A stretch of DNA of 64,000 bases from Octopus sinensis (Eukaryota): assembly GCF_006345805.1 (NCBI RefSeq), contig NC_043006.1, positions 22,196,001 to 22,260,000 of the forward strand. The letters run 5' to 3'. A model generated the notes under the pieces. The model ran no database searches, was not told the DNA's origin, and saw only the letters and a program-made list of their open reading frames with translations. The position numbers and the translations under genes are program-made. Shown here piece by piece: positions 51,799 to 64,000 of this stretch; the stretch's first letter is position 1, and every line of letters begins with the position of its first letter.

Positions 51799-52026
51799 TA
51801 TGTCTGAATTATAAAATACATGATCTAGTGATACCACTTGTTTTGCTTGTTCGTCTCTGTTTCTAATATATATCTGCCTGCTCAATGATGAACCACTTAT
51901 ATCCATCTTTGATAGGCAGCTTCAAGCACCACTTTTGTTTTAGTTGTAGTTCAAGCTGGAGTTTTAGGGGTAAACTAACTTGAGCACTTATTGTACATGC
52001 CTATTACATTATGTCACTAGACAGAA

Positions 52027-52076
<50 letters not shown>

Positions 52077-52138
52077 TGAGTGTGTACAGAAAACTGTCTT
52101 CTTTCAGTTTCCATCTACCAAATCTACTCAGATGGCTT

Positions 52139-52257
<119 letters not shown>

Positions 52258-52270
52258 GTCTGTCTGTCTT

Positions 52271-52349
<79 letters not shown>

Positions 52350-53270
52350 AAGTTCTGCCAAGGTTGACTTTGCCTTTCATCCTTTCGGGGTCGATTAAGT
52401 AAGTACCAGTTACGCACTGGGGTCGATGCAATCAACTTAATCCCTTTGTCTGTCTTTGTTTGTCCCCTCTGTGTTTATCTCCTTGTGGGCAATAAAGAAA
52501 TATATCTACGTACCTACCTACCTACCTACCTACCTACCTACCTATCTATCTATCTCTCTATCTATTTATCTATCTATCTATCTATCTATCTATTTATCTG
52601 TCTGTCTGTCTGTCTATCTGTCCATCTATCTATTTGATCAAATTCCCCCCCCCCTTTTATATCCCCTCCTTTTTTTGTCCTCTTTCTTTCCATTTACGAT
52701 CCCTTTTGATCGAAAACCAAACCCCCTTCTTTTACCCCCAAAAGAAAAGCTATACCTTGTAATTTTGTCCTGTCTGTGTGCAGCCCTGTGTGGCTAATAA
52801 AGAAACATATCTATTGATCCATCCGTCCCTCTGTCTCTCCATCCATCCATCCATCCATTCATCCATCAATATTCACCTGAATCACCTGGATCAGCTGGGC
52901 TGTCTGGTGCCAAGTCAGCTCTGCTGGCCACAGCATTTACTCCATTCCCCTCATGCTCTTGCCATTCTCTTCCATGTTGTTCCAAACACCTTTCTCAAAT
53001 TCTTTTCCCACCTGATTAGAAGTCTTCTGAGCAGTCTCTTTTGTTCACATGAGTACCACTCAACAACTGCATGGGTCCCCTGATTGTCTGTGAACCTTGC
53101 GACATGATCAACTCCTCGTAGCTCTGCATGATGGTATTCTAGAGTAATACCACTTCTGTTGCTTGCTCATCTCTGTAATATATATCTATCCACTTAATGA
53201 TGAACCACTTATAACCATCTTTGATAGGCAGCTTCAACACCGCCTTTATTTTATTTCTATACTTTCAGTA

Positions 53271-53467
53271 AAGCTGAAAAAATCTTCGCAAACTGTTACT
53301 CAATTTTATGTTATCATTTGTCGAGCAGTTGTGACCACACTAAATTAAAACTGTGAAACTGTGATGTAATATTACATGTACCATCACAGTTTTAATTTAG
53401 TATGCTCACAACTATCTGACAAACAGTAATGTGAAACTTTAACAATTGGTGAAGATTTTTTCAGCTT
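53271..53467. mobile_element. Palindromic MITE
   Basis: AAGCTGAAAAAATCTTC ... GAAGATTTTTTCAGCTT with internal arms, flanked by TA. Confidence 0.6.
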
Positions 53468-53552
53468 TAATGAAAACATATTACTTTTCTTTTAGTAATC
53501 AAATACTATTTTTTTCCAACTTGTTTTGCATTTATGTGCTTGCTTGTGTAAG

Positions 53553-53625
<73 letters not shown>

Positions 53626-53870
53626 GTGTATGTGTATATATATATATATATATACACACACATACATACATATATACATACATACATGTATATACACACA
53701 TATATATACACATATATCACCGTGATCACCATGACCGACCAGGTTATCAGATGTTGCTACACATCGCTGGTTACAATGTGCTTCGCATTGTATTAGCCTT
53801 CAAATGATGCCACCCCGCTGGCTAAGCAAGCAGGCCAATATACACACATATATAAACATATATATATATA

Positions 53871-54900
53871 TCAGGTTGGTGCAAAAGTAATGTCCAATTT
53901 CTAGAAAAATGTCTCAGAGAGAATTTATCAATTTTTTAACCTCTTTTTATAGTTTTAAGATATCTCTGTGTCTAATTTTTATTATTTTCATTAAGATTAT
54001 CTAACTTCTGGCCATAATTCTCAGAAAATTTTACCTCTATGTTTGTCCTGCTAAAAGAGGGTCGTCCCCAAAAAACTACCATTACTACTAGGGAACTTTC
54101 AGAACAGTTAAATGTGACCCATACAACCATGGTACACCAGCTAAAACACATTGGAAAAGTTTCAGTGGCTGGGAAATGGGCCCCTCACGAGCTGTCTCCA
54201 GAGAATCGACAACAGCGTGCTGCTTGTTGTCAATCATTGCTTTTGTAACACTTTCAAGCAACATTTTTAGATAGGTTTGTTACGGGTGATGAGAAGTGGA
54301 TTCTTTACCATAATGTTAAGTGCTGCCATTCTTGGATCAGTCGAGGAGGACGGCCGGTTCAACAACAAAGAGCAGAACTTCATCCAAAGAAGATCATGTT
54401 GAGTGTATGGTGGGATATTAAAGGAGTAATCCATTATGAACTGCTGGACAACAACCAAACAATTAATGTTAATATTTGCTGTGAGCAACTTCGTTGTTTG
54501 AAATCAGTTCTGCACCAAAAGCGAGCATCCTTGGTTAACAGAAAGGGTGTCATCTTCCATCACGATAATGCTCGTCCTCACACAGCTCGACTGACCAAAA
54601 CTCTCTCGGAAGAACTTGGTCGGGAAATACTGCCTCATCCTCCATATTCTCCTGACCTTGCTCCTTCTGATTACCATTTGTTCTGAGGACTACAGAACCA
54701 TTTTGATGGACTTAGGTTAACAACAAGAGAAGAGATTGAAAATGAGTTGGATTCATATTTCAGTTCTAAACCTACAGAATTTTACATGCGAGGCATTTAT
54801 AAGGTTTTTTGAAAGATGGAATGAAGTCATTGAAAGCAATGAAGAGTGTGTTAATGAATAAATATTTCCATAGTCATTGCCTTATTCATTTTTACCTTAG
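53871..54900 (+). mobile_element. Degenerate mariner (DDD domain with internal stops)
   Basis: TA-TCAGGTTGGTGCAAAAGTAAT TIR. VTGDEKW, HHDNARPH and YSPDLAPSDYHLF motifs. Confidence 0.9.
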
Positions 54901-54936
54901 ATCTTTAAATCAAGCATACATACATACATACATACA

Positions 54937-54964
<28 letters not shown>

Positions 54965-54967
<3 letters not shown>

Positions 54968-55180
54968 GTTTTCTACTCTAGGCACAAGGTCTGAAATTTT
55001 GGAGGAGGGGGCTAGTCGATTAGATTGACTCCAGTATGCAACTGGTACTTAATTTATCGACCGGGAAGAATGTACGGCAAAGTTGCCCTTGGTGGAATTT
55101 GAACTCAGAACGTAGCGGCAGACGAAATACCGCTAAGCATTTTACCCAGCGTGCTTAACGATTCTGCCAGCTCGCCACCT
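54965..55180 (-). mobile_element. SINE family B (further copies at ~59120-59310, ~59350-59560, ~61220-61410)
   Basis: Matches the other B copies. Confidence 0.8.
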
Positions 55181-55212
55181 TTTACATACATACATACATA
55201 CATATATATATG

Positions 55213-55251
<39 letters not shown>

Positions 55252-55743
55252 GCGCGCACACACACACACACACATACACACAATCACACACACATATGTA
55301 CAGATACCTATACTATACATATGTATACATATACATACATACATACATGTGTGAGTGTGTGTGTGCATGTAAACCACACAATTTGAATTGAGTAAGATCT
55401 ATTGCTTTATACTGTATTTTTTTAATTAATCAGTAAAATAGATATTACCATAAACTAAAATTTTTGTCTGACACTGTTATTTGAGCTTTATTTGAAATGA
55501 TTTGGTTTTAAAAACACACTTTTCTTTCTAAATCAAATATGAATTTAAATAATTTTCATGAAATTCTATTTTAGTTCATGAAAACATTTATTTCAACAAT
55601 TTCAAGCTTTAGACGAAATTACAAAACTGAAAAAAATAATTAATTTAAATTCTTCTTTACAATTCCTTCATCTTGTCTGTCTGTCTGTCTCTGTCTGTCT
55701 CTGCCTCTCTCTGTCTGTCTGTCTGTCTGTCTGTCTGACTCTC

Positions 55744-55787
<44 letters not shown>

Positions 55788-55794
55788 CCTATCA

Positions 55795-55875
<81 letters not shown>

Positions 55876-55884
55876 CCTATCTAC

Positions 55885-55927
<43 letters not shown>

Positions 55928-56426
55928 CCTATCAATCTATCTATCTATCTATCTACCTATCTATCTATATATGTACATATACATAATATGTGTGTGAGTG
56001 TGTGTGTGTGTGTGAATGTGTATGTATGTATGTATGTATGTATGTATGTATGTATGTATGTATGTATGTATGTATGTATGTATATATGTATATATGTATG
56101 TATGTATGTATCTTTGTATTCTTTTATTCTTTCACTTGTTTCAGTCATTTGGCTGTGGCCCTGCTGGAGTGCTGGCTTTAGTCAAACAAATCAACCCCAG
56201 GACTTGTTATTTGCAAGCCTCGTACTTATTTTAACAGTCTCTTTTGCCAAGCCACTAAGTTACGGGGATGTAAACACACCAACATCAGTTGTCAAGCAAT
56301 GGTGTGGGGACAAATTGAGACACACAAACACACACACACACACACATATTCGATGGGCTTCTTTTAGTTTCTGTCAACCAAATCCACTCATAAGCTTTGG
56401 TCAGCCTGAGAGTATGGTAGAAGTAA

Positions 56427-56755
56427 GTGGTGGTGGTGGTTGTGGTGGTTGTGGTGGTGGTGGTGGTGGTGGTGTTGGTGGTGGTGGTGGTGGTGCTGGT
56501 GCTGGTGCTGGTGGTGGTAGTGGTGGTGCTGGTGCTGGTGGTGCTGGTGGTGCTGGTGGTGGTGATGGTAGTGGTGGTGATGGTTGTGGTGGTGGTGGTG
56601 GTGGTGGTGGTGGTGGTGGTGGTGGTGGTGGTGGTGGTGGTGGTGGTGTGGTGGTGGTGGTGGTGGTGGTGGTGGTGGTGGTGGTGGTGGTGCGGGTGGT
56701 GGTGCTGGTGGTGCTGGTGCTGGTGGTGCTGGTGACGATAGTGATGATGATAATG
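56427..56755. repeat. (GGT)n/(GGTGCT)n tract truncating a SINE-A (~56110-56425)
   Basis: Read directly from the sequence. Confidence 0.95.
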
Positions 56756-57074
56756 AAGATATATTCATTCATAATAAGTCCCAATTGAGCACTGAGTCAA
56801 TGTGATCAACTTACCTGCTCCCCTGAAATTACTGGCGTTGTGCTAAAATTTGAAACCAGTATTATCATCTTCATCATCATCATTATCATCATTTAACGTC
56901 CATTTTCCATGCTGGTATGGGTTGGACAATTTGACAGGGGCTGGTAAGCCAGAGGACTGCACCAAGTTCCATTGTCTGTTTTGGCAAGGTTTTTTCAGCT
57001 GGATGCCCTTCCTAATGCCAATCACTTTACAGAGTAGAATAATAGCTTAATATAATGATAATAATAATAATAAT

Positions 57075-58487
57075 AATCATCATCGTTTAACGTCCGCTTT
57101 CCATGCTAGCATGGGTTGGACGGTTCAACTGGGGTCTGGCAAGCCCGAAGGCTACACCAGGCCAGTCAGATCTGGCAGTGTTTCTACAGCTGGATGCCCT
57201 TCCTAACGCCAACCACTCCGAGAGTGTAGTGGGTGATTTTATGTGCCACCGACACAGGTGCCAGACGAGGCTGGCAGACGACCACGCTCGGATGGTGTTT
57301 TTTATGTGCCACCGACACAGGTGCCAGACGAGGCTGGCAGACGGCCACGCTCGGATGGTGTTTTTTATGTGCCACCGACACAGGTGCCAGACGAGGCTGG
57401 CAGACGACCACGCTCGGATGGTGTTTTTTATGTGCCACCGACACAGGTGCCAGACGAGGCTGGCAGACGGCCACGCTCGGATGGTGTTTTTTATGTGCCA
57501 CCGACACAGGTGCCAGACGAGGCTGGCAGACGGCCACGCTCGGATATGGTGTTTTCGGTGTTTTTCTTATGTGCCACCGACACAGGTGCCAGACGAGGCT
57601 GGCGAACGGCTACAATCGGATGGTGTTTGTTACGTGCCCACAGCACGGAGGCCAGTCGATGCGGTACTGGCTACGGTCCCGTTCGGATGGTTTTCTTATG
57701 TGCCACCGGCACTGGTACCACAAGGATACAAATTCCATTGATGTTCATCTATTTTGATTTGGTTTGACTTGATTCGATTTGACTTTGATTTGATTTGCCT
57801 CAACAGGTCTTCACAAGTGTCACAAGCAGGAAGGTATGCACAGGTGGACTGACTACGTCCCAGGTAGGGGCCACGGGTTATGGCTTCACTAGTCTTGCCG
57901 GGTCTTCTCACGCACAGCATACTTCCATAGGTCTCGGTCTCTAGTCATTTTCATGGTGAGACCTAACGTTCGAAGGTCATGCTTCACCACCTCGTCCCAG
58001 GTTTTCCTGGGTCTACCTCTTCCATGGGTTCCCTCAACTGCTAGGGATTGGCACTTTCTCACACACCTATCTTCATCCATTCTCGCCACATGACCATACC
58101 AGCGCAATCGTCTCTCTTGCACGCAACAACTGATGCTTCTTAGGTACAACATTTCTCTCAGGGAACTGACGCTCTGTCGAGTAAGTACACTGACATTACA
58201 CATCCATCGGAGCATACTGGCTTCATTCCTCATGAGCTTACGCATGTCCTCAGCAGTCACGGCCCATGTTTCACTGCCATGTAGCATGGCAGTTCGAACA
58301 CATGCATCATACAGTCTGCCCTTTACTCTGAGCGAGAGGCCTTTAGTCACCAGCAGAGGTAAGAGCTCCCTAAACTTTGCCCAGGCTATTCTTATTCTAG
58401 CAGTTACACTCTCAGCGCACCCACCCCCACTACTGACTTGGTCACCTAGATAACGGAAGCTATCAACTACTTCTAATTTTTCCCCCT
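57075..58487 (-). mobile_element. 5'-truncated RTE-clade LINE: RT C-terminus (57889-58487) plus a long 3'UTR with a 63-bp VNTR
   Basis: EVVDSFRYLG...MLHGSETW...RRLRWYGHVARM...GRGRPRKTW. 3'UTR ends in (GAT)n. Flanked by TAA arrays. Confidence 0.9.
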
Positions 58488-58490
58488 GGA

Positions 58491-58555
<65 letters not shown>

Positions 58556-58569
58556 TGATGATGATGATG

Positions 58570-58605
<36 letters not shown>

Positions 58606-58619
58606 TAATAATAATAATG

Positions 58620-58661
<42 letters not shown>

Positions 58662-58662
<1 letters not shown>

Positions 58663-59105
58663 GTGCTACTTAGAAAGTGAACCTAAAAGAAGGGCTATAG
58701 AGAATGGATGTTAACTCTTTGTGTAGAGAAGGGTGGGTTTAAAGTGACTGAGCAGAGATTAGTGGATGAAGCTAATGCTTTTAGGAGGAGAATTACAGAG
58801 CCTATGGAATGTGTGGGTAAAATTTATCCCTGTAAGTTATAGGTGCATTGGGAACTATCCTTAAAGATCTAAACAGATGGATAGAGGAAATAGGCATAAA
58901 ACTCAGTTTAGTACAGCTCCATAAAACAGTCTAATTAGGGACAGCTAGGATACTTAGGAGAGTTCTTAGTATCTAAGGTTACTTGCAGTAGCCTGATAGG
59001 AGGGTTCTTGGGATCTACGGATACTTGTTGTAGCCCAGTGTAAGGATTTTTTTGTTTTCCAGCAAGGTATTTTCCAACAGTGTATTTATTGAGTGTATAT
59101 GAAAA
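58662..59105 (+). mobile_element. Internally deleted R4/Dong-type element
   Basis: With frameshifts: CYLESEPKRR(G)YRE..EQRLVDEANAFRR joined at ~58789 to LWNVWVKFIPV-VIGALGTI..LGTARILRRVLSI*. Bounded by TAA repeats. Confidence 0.65.
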
Positions 59106-59812
59106 TAATAAAAGTAATAATAATCCTTTCTACTAAAGGCACAAGACCTGAAATTTTGGGAAAGGGGACTAGTCGATTACATTGACCCCAGTGTTTCAGT
59201 GGTACTTAATTTATCAACCCTTGGTGGATTTGAACTCAGAATGTAAATCCAGATGAAATGACTCTGCATTTTGCCTAGCATGCCAACAGTTCTGTCAGCT
59301 CACTGCCTTAATAACGATAACAACAAAAACAACAATAGCAATAAGAATTATAGCTTCAAATTTTGGCACAAAGCCAGTGGTTTTGGGGAAAGGGTCGGTT
59401 ACATTGACTCTGGTACTCACCTGGCTTATTTTATCAACCTCAAAAGGATGGAAAGCAAACCATTATCTCAGTAGTATGTGAACTCAGAATGTAAAGTGCT
59501 GGAAGAAATGTTACTAAAGATTTTGTCCAATGTGCCAATGATTCTGCCGACCCACCTATATTAATGATGATGACGACAACAACAATAGGGATGATGATGA
59601 TGATGATGACAGTAATGATGACTACAACGAAGATGATGATGATGATGATGATGACAGTAATGATGACTATGACGAAGATGATGATGATGATGATGATGAC
59701 AGTAATGATGACTACGACGAAGATGATGATGACAATGATGATGTTGACGATGATGACAACGCTGCCACTGCCACCTTTTACGCTGATGACGATGACAATG
59801 ACAACAATGGCA

Positions 59813-59845
<33 letters not shown>

Positions 59846-60569
59846 GTGATGAATGAATAATGTTTAAATTTGTAAAACAATCCAACCAGTGGGAGCAAAA
59901 GTACACATAGTTATTTACTGAGAGAAATGAAACATTTGTCTTAATCCCCAGCTAATGTCAGTGATCTGCTTAATATCAGACCAGTTTGTTGACTTTTTAG
60001 AGGGTTTAAAATAAAATATTTATTAATCCAACTATTAGGTAAATATTCTCATTATAGGACTTGATAAAACCGTGCAGGAAGCTGTACCATCTGAAATACA
60101 TAATATATTACTGTTGATAGAAACATTAGATACTTTGGATGCGCCTGTGTGTGTATGTGCATGTGTGTGCATGTGTGTGCATGTGCTTATGAGCATATGT
60201 GCACGTGTTTATGCTTGTCTGTATCTGTATTCATGTGTGTTTGTGTTTTGTCTTTGATATGTGTGTTTATTATGCATTTGTATCTGTATCTAATTGTGTG
60301 TGTGTGTGTTAGGTGTTTTCAATGTTTTATGTTTATACTTTCGAGTGTGCAAATATATTCGATCGCTTGTGCATTTGTATTTGTTTGTGTGCAAGGTATG
60401 TGTGTATGCAAATGTATGTAAATGTGTGTGAGTGCGGTATGTGTTTAAATGACTATCAACGTGTGTTTGCATGCATGTGCGCTTTGTACAAACAAATCAT
60501 TCTGATATAAGTTCATATCCTTCATACGCAGTGATTAACTAGAGTTTGGCTCAGTCTAACATCACTACA

Positions 60570-60738
60570 CAGGGATTCCTGGTCTTGCGCGAGTAATTGG
60601 GGGACGCGCAATTCGAAATTCGCGCAAGTCGAGTACCAGATATTGTTATCAATTACTCAAACACAATTATTTTTACTTTATGTATATTTGAAATGATGGA
60701 TAGATAACAAGATAACAGACAAGGCAATGCAACCATGG

Positions 60739-60771
<33 letters not shown>

Positions 60772-61140
60772 GTCGTCGTTTAGCGTCCGCTTTCCATGCT
60801 AGCATGGGTTGGACAGTTCAACTGGGGTCTGGGAAGCCAGAAGGCTGCACCAGGCCCAGTCTGATCTGGCAGTGTTTCTACGGCTGGATGCCCTTCCTAA
60901 CGCCAACCACTCCGAGAGTGTAGTGGGTGCTTTTTATGTGCCACCGGCGCAGGTGCCAGACGAGGCTGGCAAACGGCCACGATTGGATGGTGCTTTTTAC
61001 GGCACGGGGGCCAGGCAAGGCTGGCAATGGCCACGAATGGATGGTGCTTTTACAACAAGCGCAAGTCGAGAATACAACTCGCGCAACCAGAACACTTGAA
61101 TTTTGCGCAAGTTGAACTCGCACAAATTGGGGAATCCCTG
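60570..61140. mobile_element. hAT-like MITE with a nested RTE 3'UTR fragment (~60738-61050)
   Basis: TIRs CAGGGATTCC and GGAATCCCTG, GCGCAA subterminal repeats. The 8-bp flanks match only 5/8. Confidence 0.6.
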
Positions 61141-62228
61141 TAACTATCTTTGTACTCAGGTTCTCTTAGAGGGTTTAAATAACATATAATCACCCAAGCC
61201 AGGGCACATTGAAATATTACTTTCTGTTATAGGCACAAGGCCTGAAATTTGAGGAGGAGGGGCCTAATCAATTACATTAACCCCAGTGTTCAACCAGTAC
61301 TTATTTTATCAATCCTAAAAGGATGAAAAACAAAGTTGATCCCAGGGGAATTTGAACTTAGAATGTAAAAAAAAAGCATTTTGTTTGGCATGCTCCCGAT
61401 TTTCCCAGTATGGTACTCTGAAATAATAGGATGCAGCATGGTGGATGTGAGCTAATTCAGCAAACGAACTTATTGAATCAATGGGGAAAATCATTAGATG
61501 CTAAGCAGATGAACAGACAACAAACTATTAACAGTCAGGATTAACTAGTTTAGTTAGCGAATTACTACTATCATCTATAGTTGTGGTATCTGCCGATGAG
61601 ATACTTTAGCTAGTAAAAGACCAATATGGCTAAAGCTCAGGCCAGACATTCATGCTGCATTGCCTGATCATGACATCTGGCGTGGAAGAGTTGCATTGGT
61701 CCAGGCAAGTCGCCTGACCAGATGATGATGTTTGGTGTTAATTCTCCTCTGACCAATCTATCCACATTTTTCCCTGTAGATATTGATTTGAAGATTTTAG
61801 GGCAGTTTATCTTATCACATTGATCTCTCCAGTCTGAGAGTGTCTGGAAACATAATAGACTTTGACCATCCTCCCCTGTAAAACTATTACATTATCCTCT
61901 CTAACTGTGACATTATCCTTTCTTTCTTTATGAGTACCAACTAAGTATTGGTGCATCCATTTCTCTCTCCAACTCACATTCTCAATGTTCTGTTGAGTCA
62001 AGGGCAAGAAGGCCAGAAGTGTATCTGAATCTGTTCATGACTACATGGGCACCTGAAGCAATTAATGAAAGCACAGTACAATTGAATATGACCTGGCACA
62101 ATCTAACAGGTCATATGCATTGGCAAGAGATGGCTAAGCATGTAAGCATGTGGCTTACCTTTCATTGTTCTTGTGCTTGTCAACAGACAAGGGAAAAAGA
62201 CGCTTGCTATTTTTTAAATAATGTTTAA

Positions 62229-63008
62229 CTCCTAATCATTCAGATTACTCTGTCAAATGTAATACTTATTTATTTACATTGGTTTGAATTAATTATGCAT
62301 TAACTCACACCTTCAATATTTTCAATGATGTAAGGCAGCAAGCTGGAAGAATGGTTAGTGGACCAGGCAGAATGCTCAGCGGCATTTCATCCATCTTTAC
62401 ATTTTAAGTTCAGATTCTGCCAAAATCAACTTTGCCTTTCAACCTTTCAGGGTTGATAAAATAGATACCAGTCAAGCACTTACCCCTGCTTCCCTGAAAT
62501 TGTTGGCCTTGTACCAAAATTTGAAACTAATATTTCAATGATGTGATAGTTTATTCTTAGAATGTAGAGGGTTTGTTGGACACAGCGTTGTTATCGCTAG
62601 GCCTATCTCATTGTAAAGTCAATACCACCATGACCGATATCCAATCTACAGTGGAGAAGGCTAGCCACTAGATTTGGTTAAAAAGAGACGATGAGCGATG
62701 GCTAGAAGTATATTGAGTTCTTCATAACCAGCTGATCTAGCAAGCGGGTCCTCATATCAGTGAGGGAGGCCAGTGCGCATTGATGCCATCGAGAGGTAGG
62801 CCCCGAAATGGCGCGCATTCTCTCCTGATGACCCCATACACTTGCTAGCTTCCGATATACGGAGCTTTTAACTGGTAGCACTTGCATGTGCAAGTTGTTT
62901 GCAAGACAACATTGCAGGGTAGGTGGGAAAGGCTGGATCTGGCTCATTTGAACATAAAACACAAGTAGAACATCTCAGCCAGATATGGCATGTTTAAATG
63001 CTAAAGGG
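62229..63008. mobile_element. piggyBac-type MITE (family of 16554-16750) carrying a nested SINE-B (62332-62532) and a HERO fragment
   Basis: TTAA on both sides, right end CTAAAGGG-TTAA. The SINE-B has a 12-bp TSD TTTCAATGATGT. Confidence 0.75.
62562..62908 (+). mobile_element. HERO-type RLE non-LTR retrotransposon 3' fragment
   Basis: CRGFVGHS..LLSLGLSHCKVNTTMTDIQSTVEKASH*IWLKRDDERW, followed by the 3'UTR. Confidence 0.75.
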
Positions 63009-63436
63009 TTAAAAACAGCAATTAACACTTTTCTAAATTATTTCTAACTACTGTTACTGTTCATTTATTTCTTGTTTATTACAAGCTGGCTTTAACATAG
63101 TCATATTAACATTACATAGAAAAAATGCTAATTATGCTACCAAGTTACATAATTAACTGACAATAGCATTGAATTAATTAACTTAAATAAATTTTAAAAG
63201 CAAAATTAGACATTTGATTTCAGGGAGACAAATGATGGTTTGTTTCAGGGAGAAGAAAGCACATTAAGTGAAATAAAGATTATCACTGAATGAGGTTTCT
63301 TTACCCCTTTATTTATAAATTTTATCTAGTTTCCATTTTTTATGTTTACATGGATGGGGTGGTGTTTTGTTGGGGTATTAATAGGTGTTGTCTAGCTCGA
63401 GGTCATCTCCTTATGTAGTATACTCATAATCATAGA

Positions 63437-63870
63437 TGTCTTGCAAACAACTTGCACATGCAAGTGCTACCAGAAAGAAACTCCGCATACCGGAAGCCAG
63501 CAAGTGTATGGGGTCATCAGGAGAGAATGCGCACCGTTTCGGGGCCTACCTCTCGACGGCATCAATGCACACCGACCACACTCACTGATATGAGGCCTTG
63601 CTTGCTAGATCAGCTGGTTATCAAAAAAAGCTCAATATCCTTCTAGCTATCGCTCATCGTCTCTTTTTAACCAAATCCAGTGGCTAGCCTTCTCCACTGT
63701 AGATTGGATGTTGGTCATGGTGGTATTGACTTTACGATGAGTTAGGCCTAGCGATAACAACAGTCGTCTCACACTGTGTCCAATGAACCCTCTACATCCA
63801 ACTTCGATTGGAAAATGTTCCGCTTTCCAGCCTGTGTCTTCATATTCCTCGAGGAGGTTTACATAACGAG
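63437..63870 (-). mobile_element. HERO-type RLE non-LTR retrotransposon 3' fragment
   Basis: RYVNLLEEYEDTGWKAEHFPIEVGCRGFIGHSVRRLLLSLGL...EKASHWIWLKR. Same 3' end (TTGCAAGACA) as the plus-strand copy. Confidence 0.8.
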
Positions 63871-64000
63871 GAATGTTATTGTAGCCATTAGTGTCTCATT
63901 TTTCTCAAGCATTGAATATTTTAACTCTTTTGCTGATACCCACCTGAAACTGCTCATGGCTCTTTGAAATAGATTCCTTGTTTTATAGTGACCTTAGTTA

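Noticed and set aside
55988-56788. 266-aa Gly/Val-rich ORF and overlapping poly-His/Pro/Trp ORFs
   Set aside because: A chimera of microsatellite, SINE-A and (GGT)n sequence, open in several frames on both strands, with no splice or promoter support.
61650-62200. Possible minus-strand exon or donor (AAG|GTAAGC at ~62160) and ORFs 61807-62007 and 62019-62228
   Set aside because: Stops occur in all frames and the translations weakly resemble decayed RTE sequence. No supportable gene model.
62805-62840. GAAA...CTGATGA motif in the HERO 3'UTR as a hammerhead
   Set aside because: The flanks needed for stem II (CCCC on both sides) cannot pair.

Overview
Animal genomic DNA that is AT-rich and dense in microsatellites and transposons. 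The repeat families look like those of an Octopus-type cephalopod (inference from recalled repeat content; no search was run). The only host gene I can support is on the minus strand. It has a 52-codon first coding exon (29478-29633) below a CRE/E-box promoter near 30.0 kb, and a 154-codon hydrophobic exon (166-630). The two join in phase across about 28.8 kb into an unrecognised multi-pass membrane protein. The rest is repeats: tRNA-derived SINEs (families A, B, D, E, my labels), RTE LINE remnants, R4/Dong and HERO-type RLE retroposon remnants, Penelope-like fragments with minimal hammerhead ribozyme folds, mariner, hAT, piggyBac-, pogo- and Merlin-like elements, Helitrons and one solo LTR. 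No CRISPR array, rRNA or intact tRNA was found. Most ORFs in the supplied track are microsatellite or SINE artefacts. The best leads are the mirrored hammerhead palindrome, a set of elements embedded in (TAA)n arrays, the unknown gene and several foldback structures. Coordinates of degraded repeats are approximate (about +/-10 bp).
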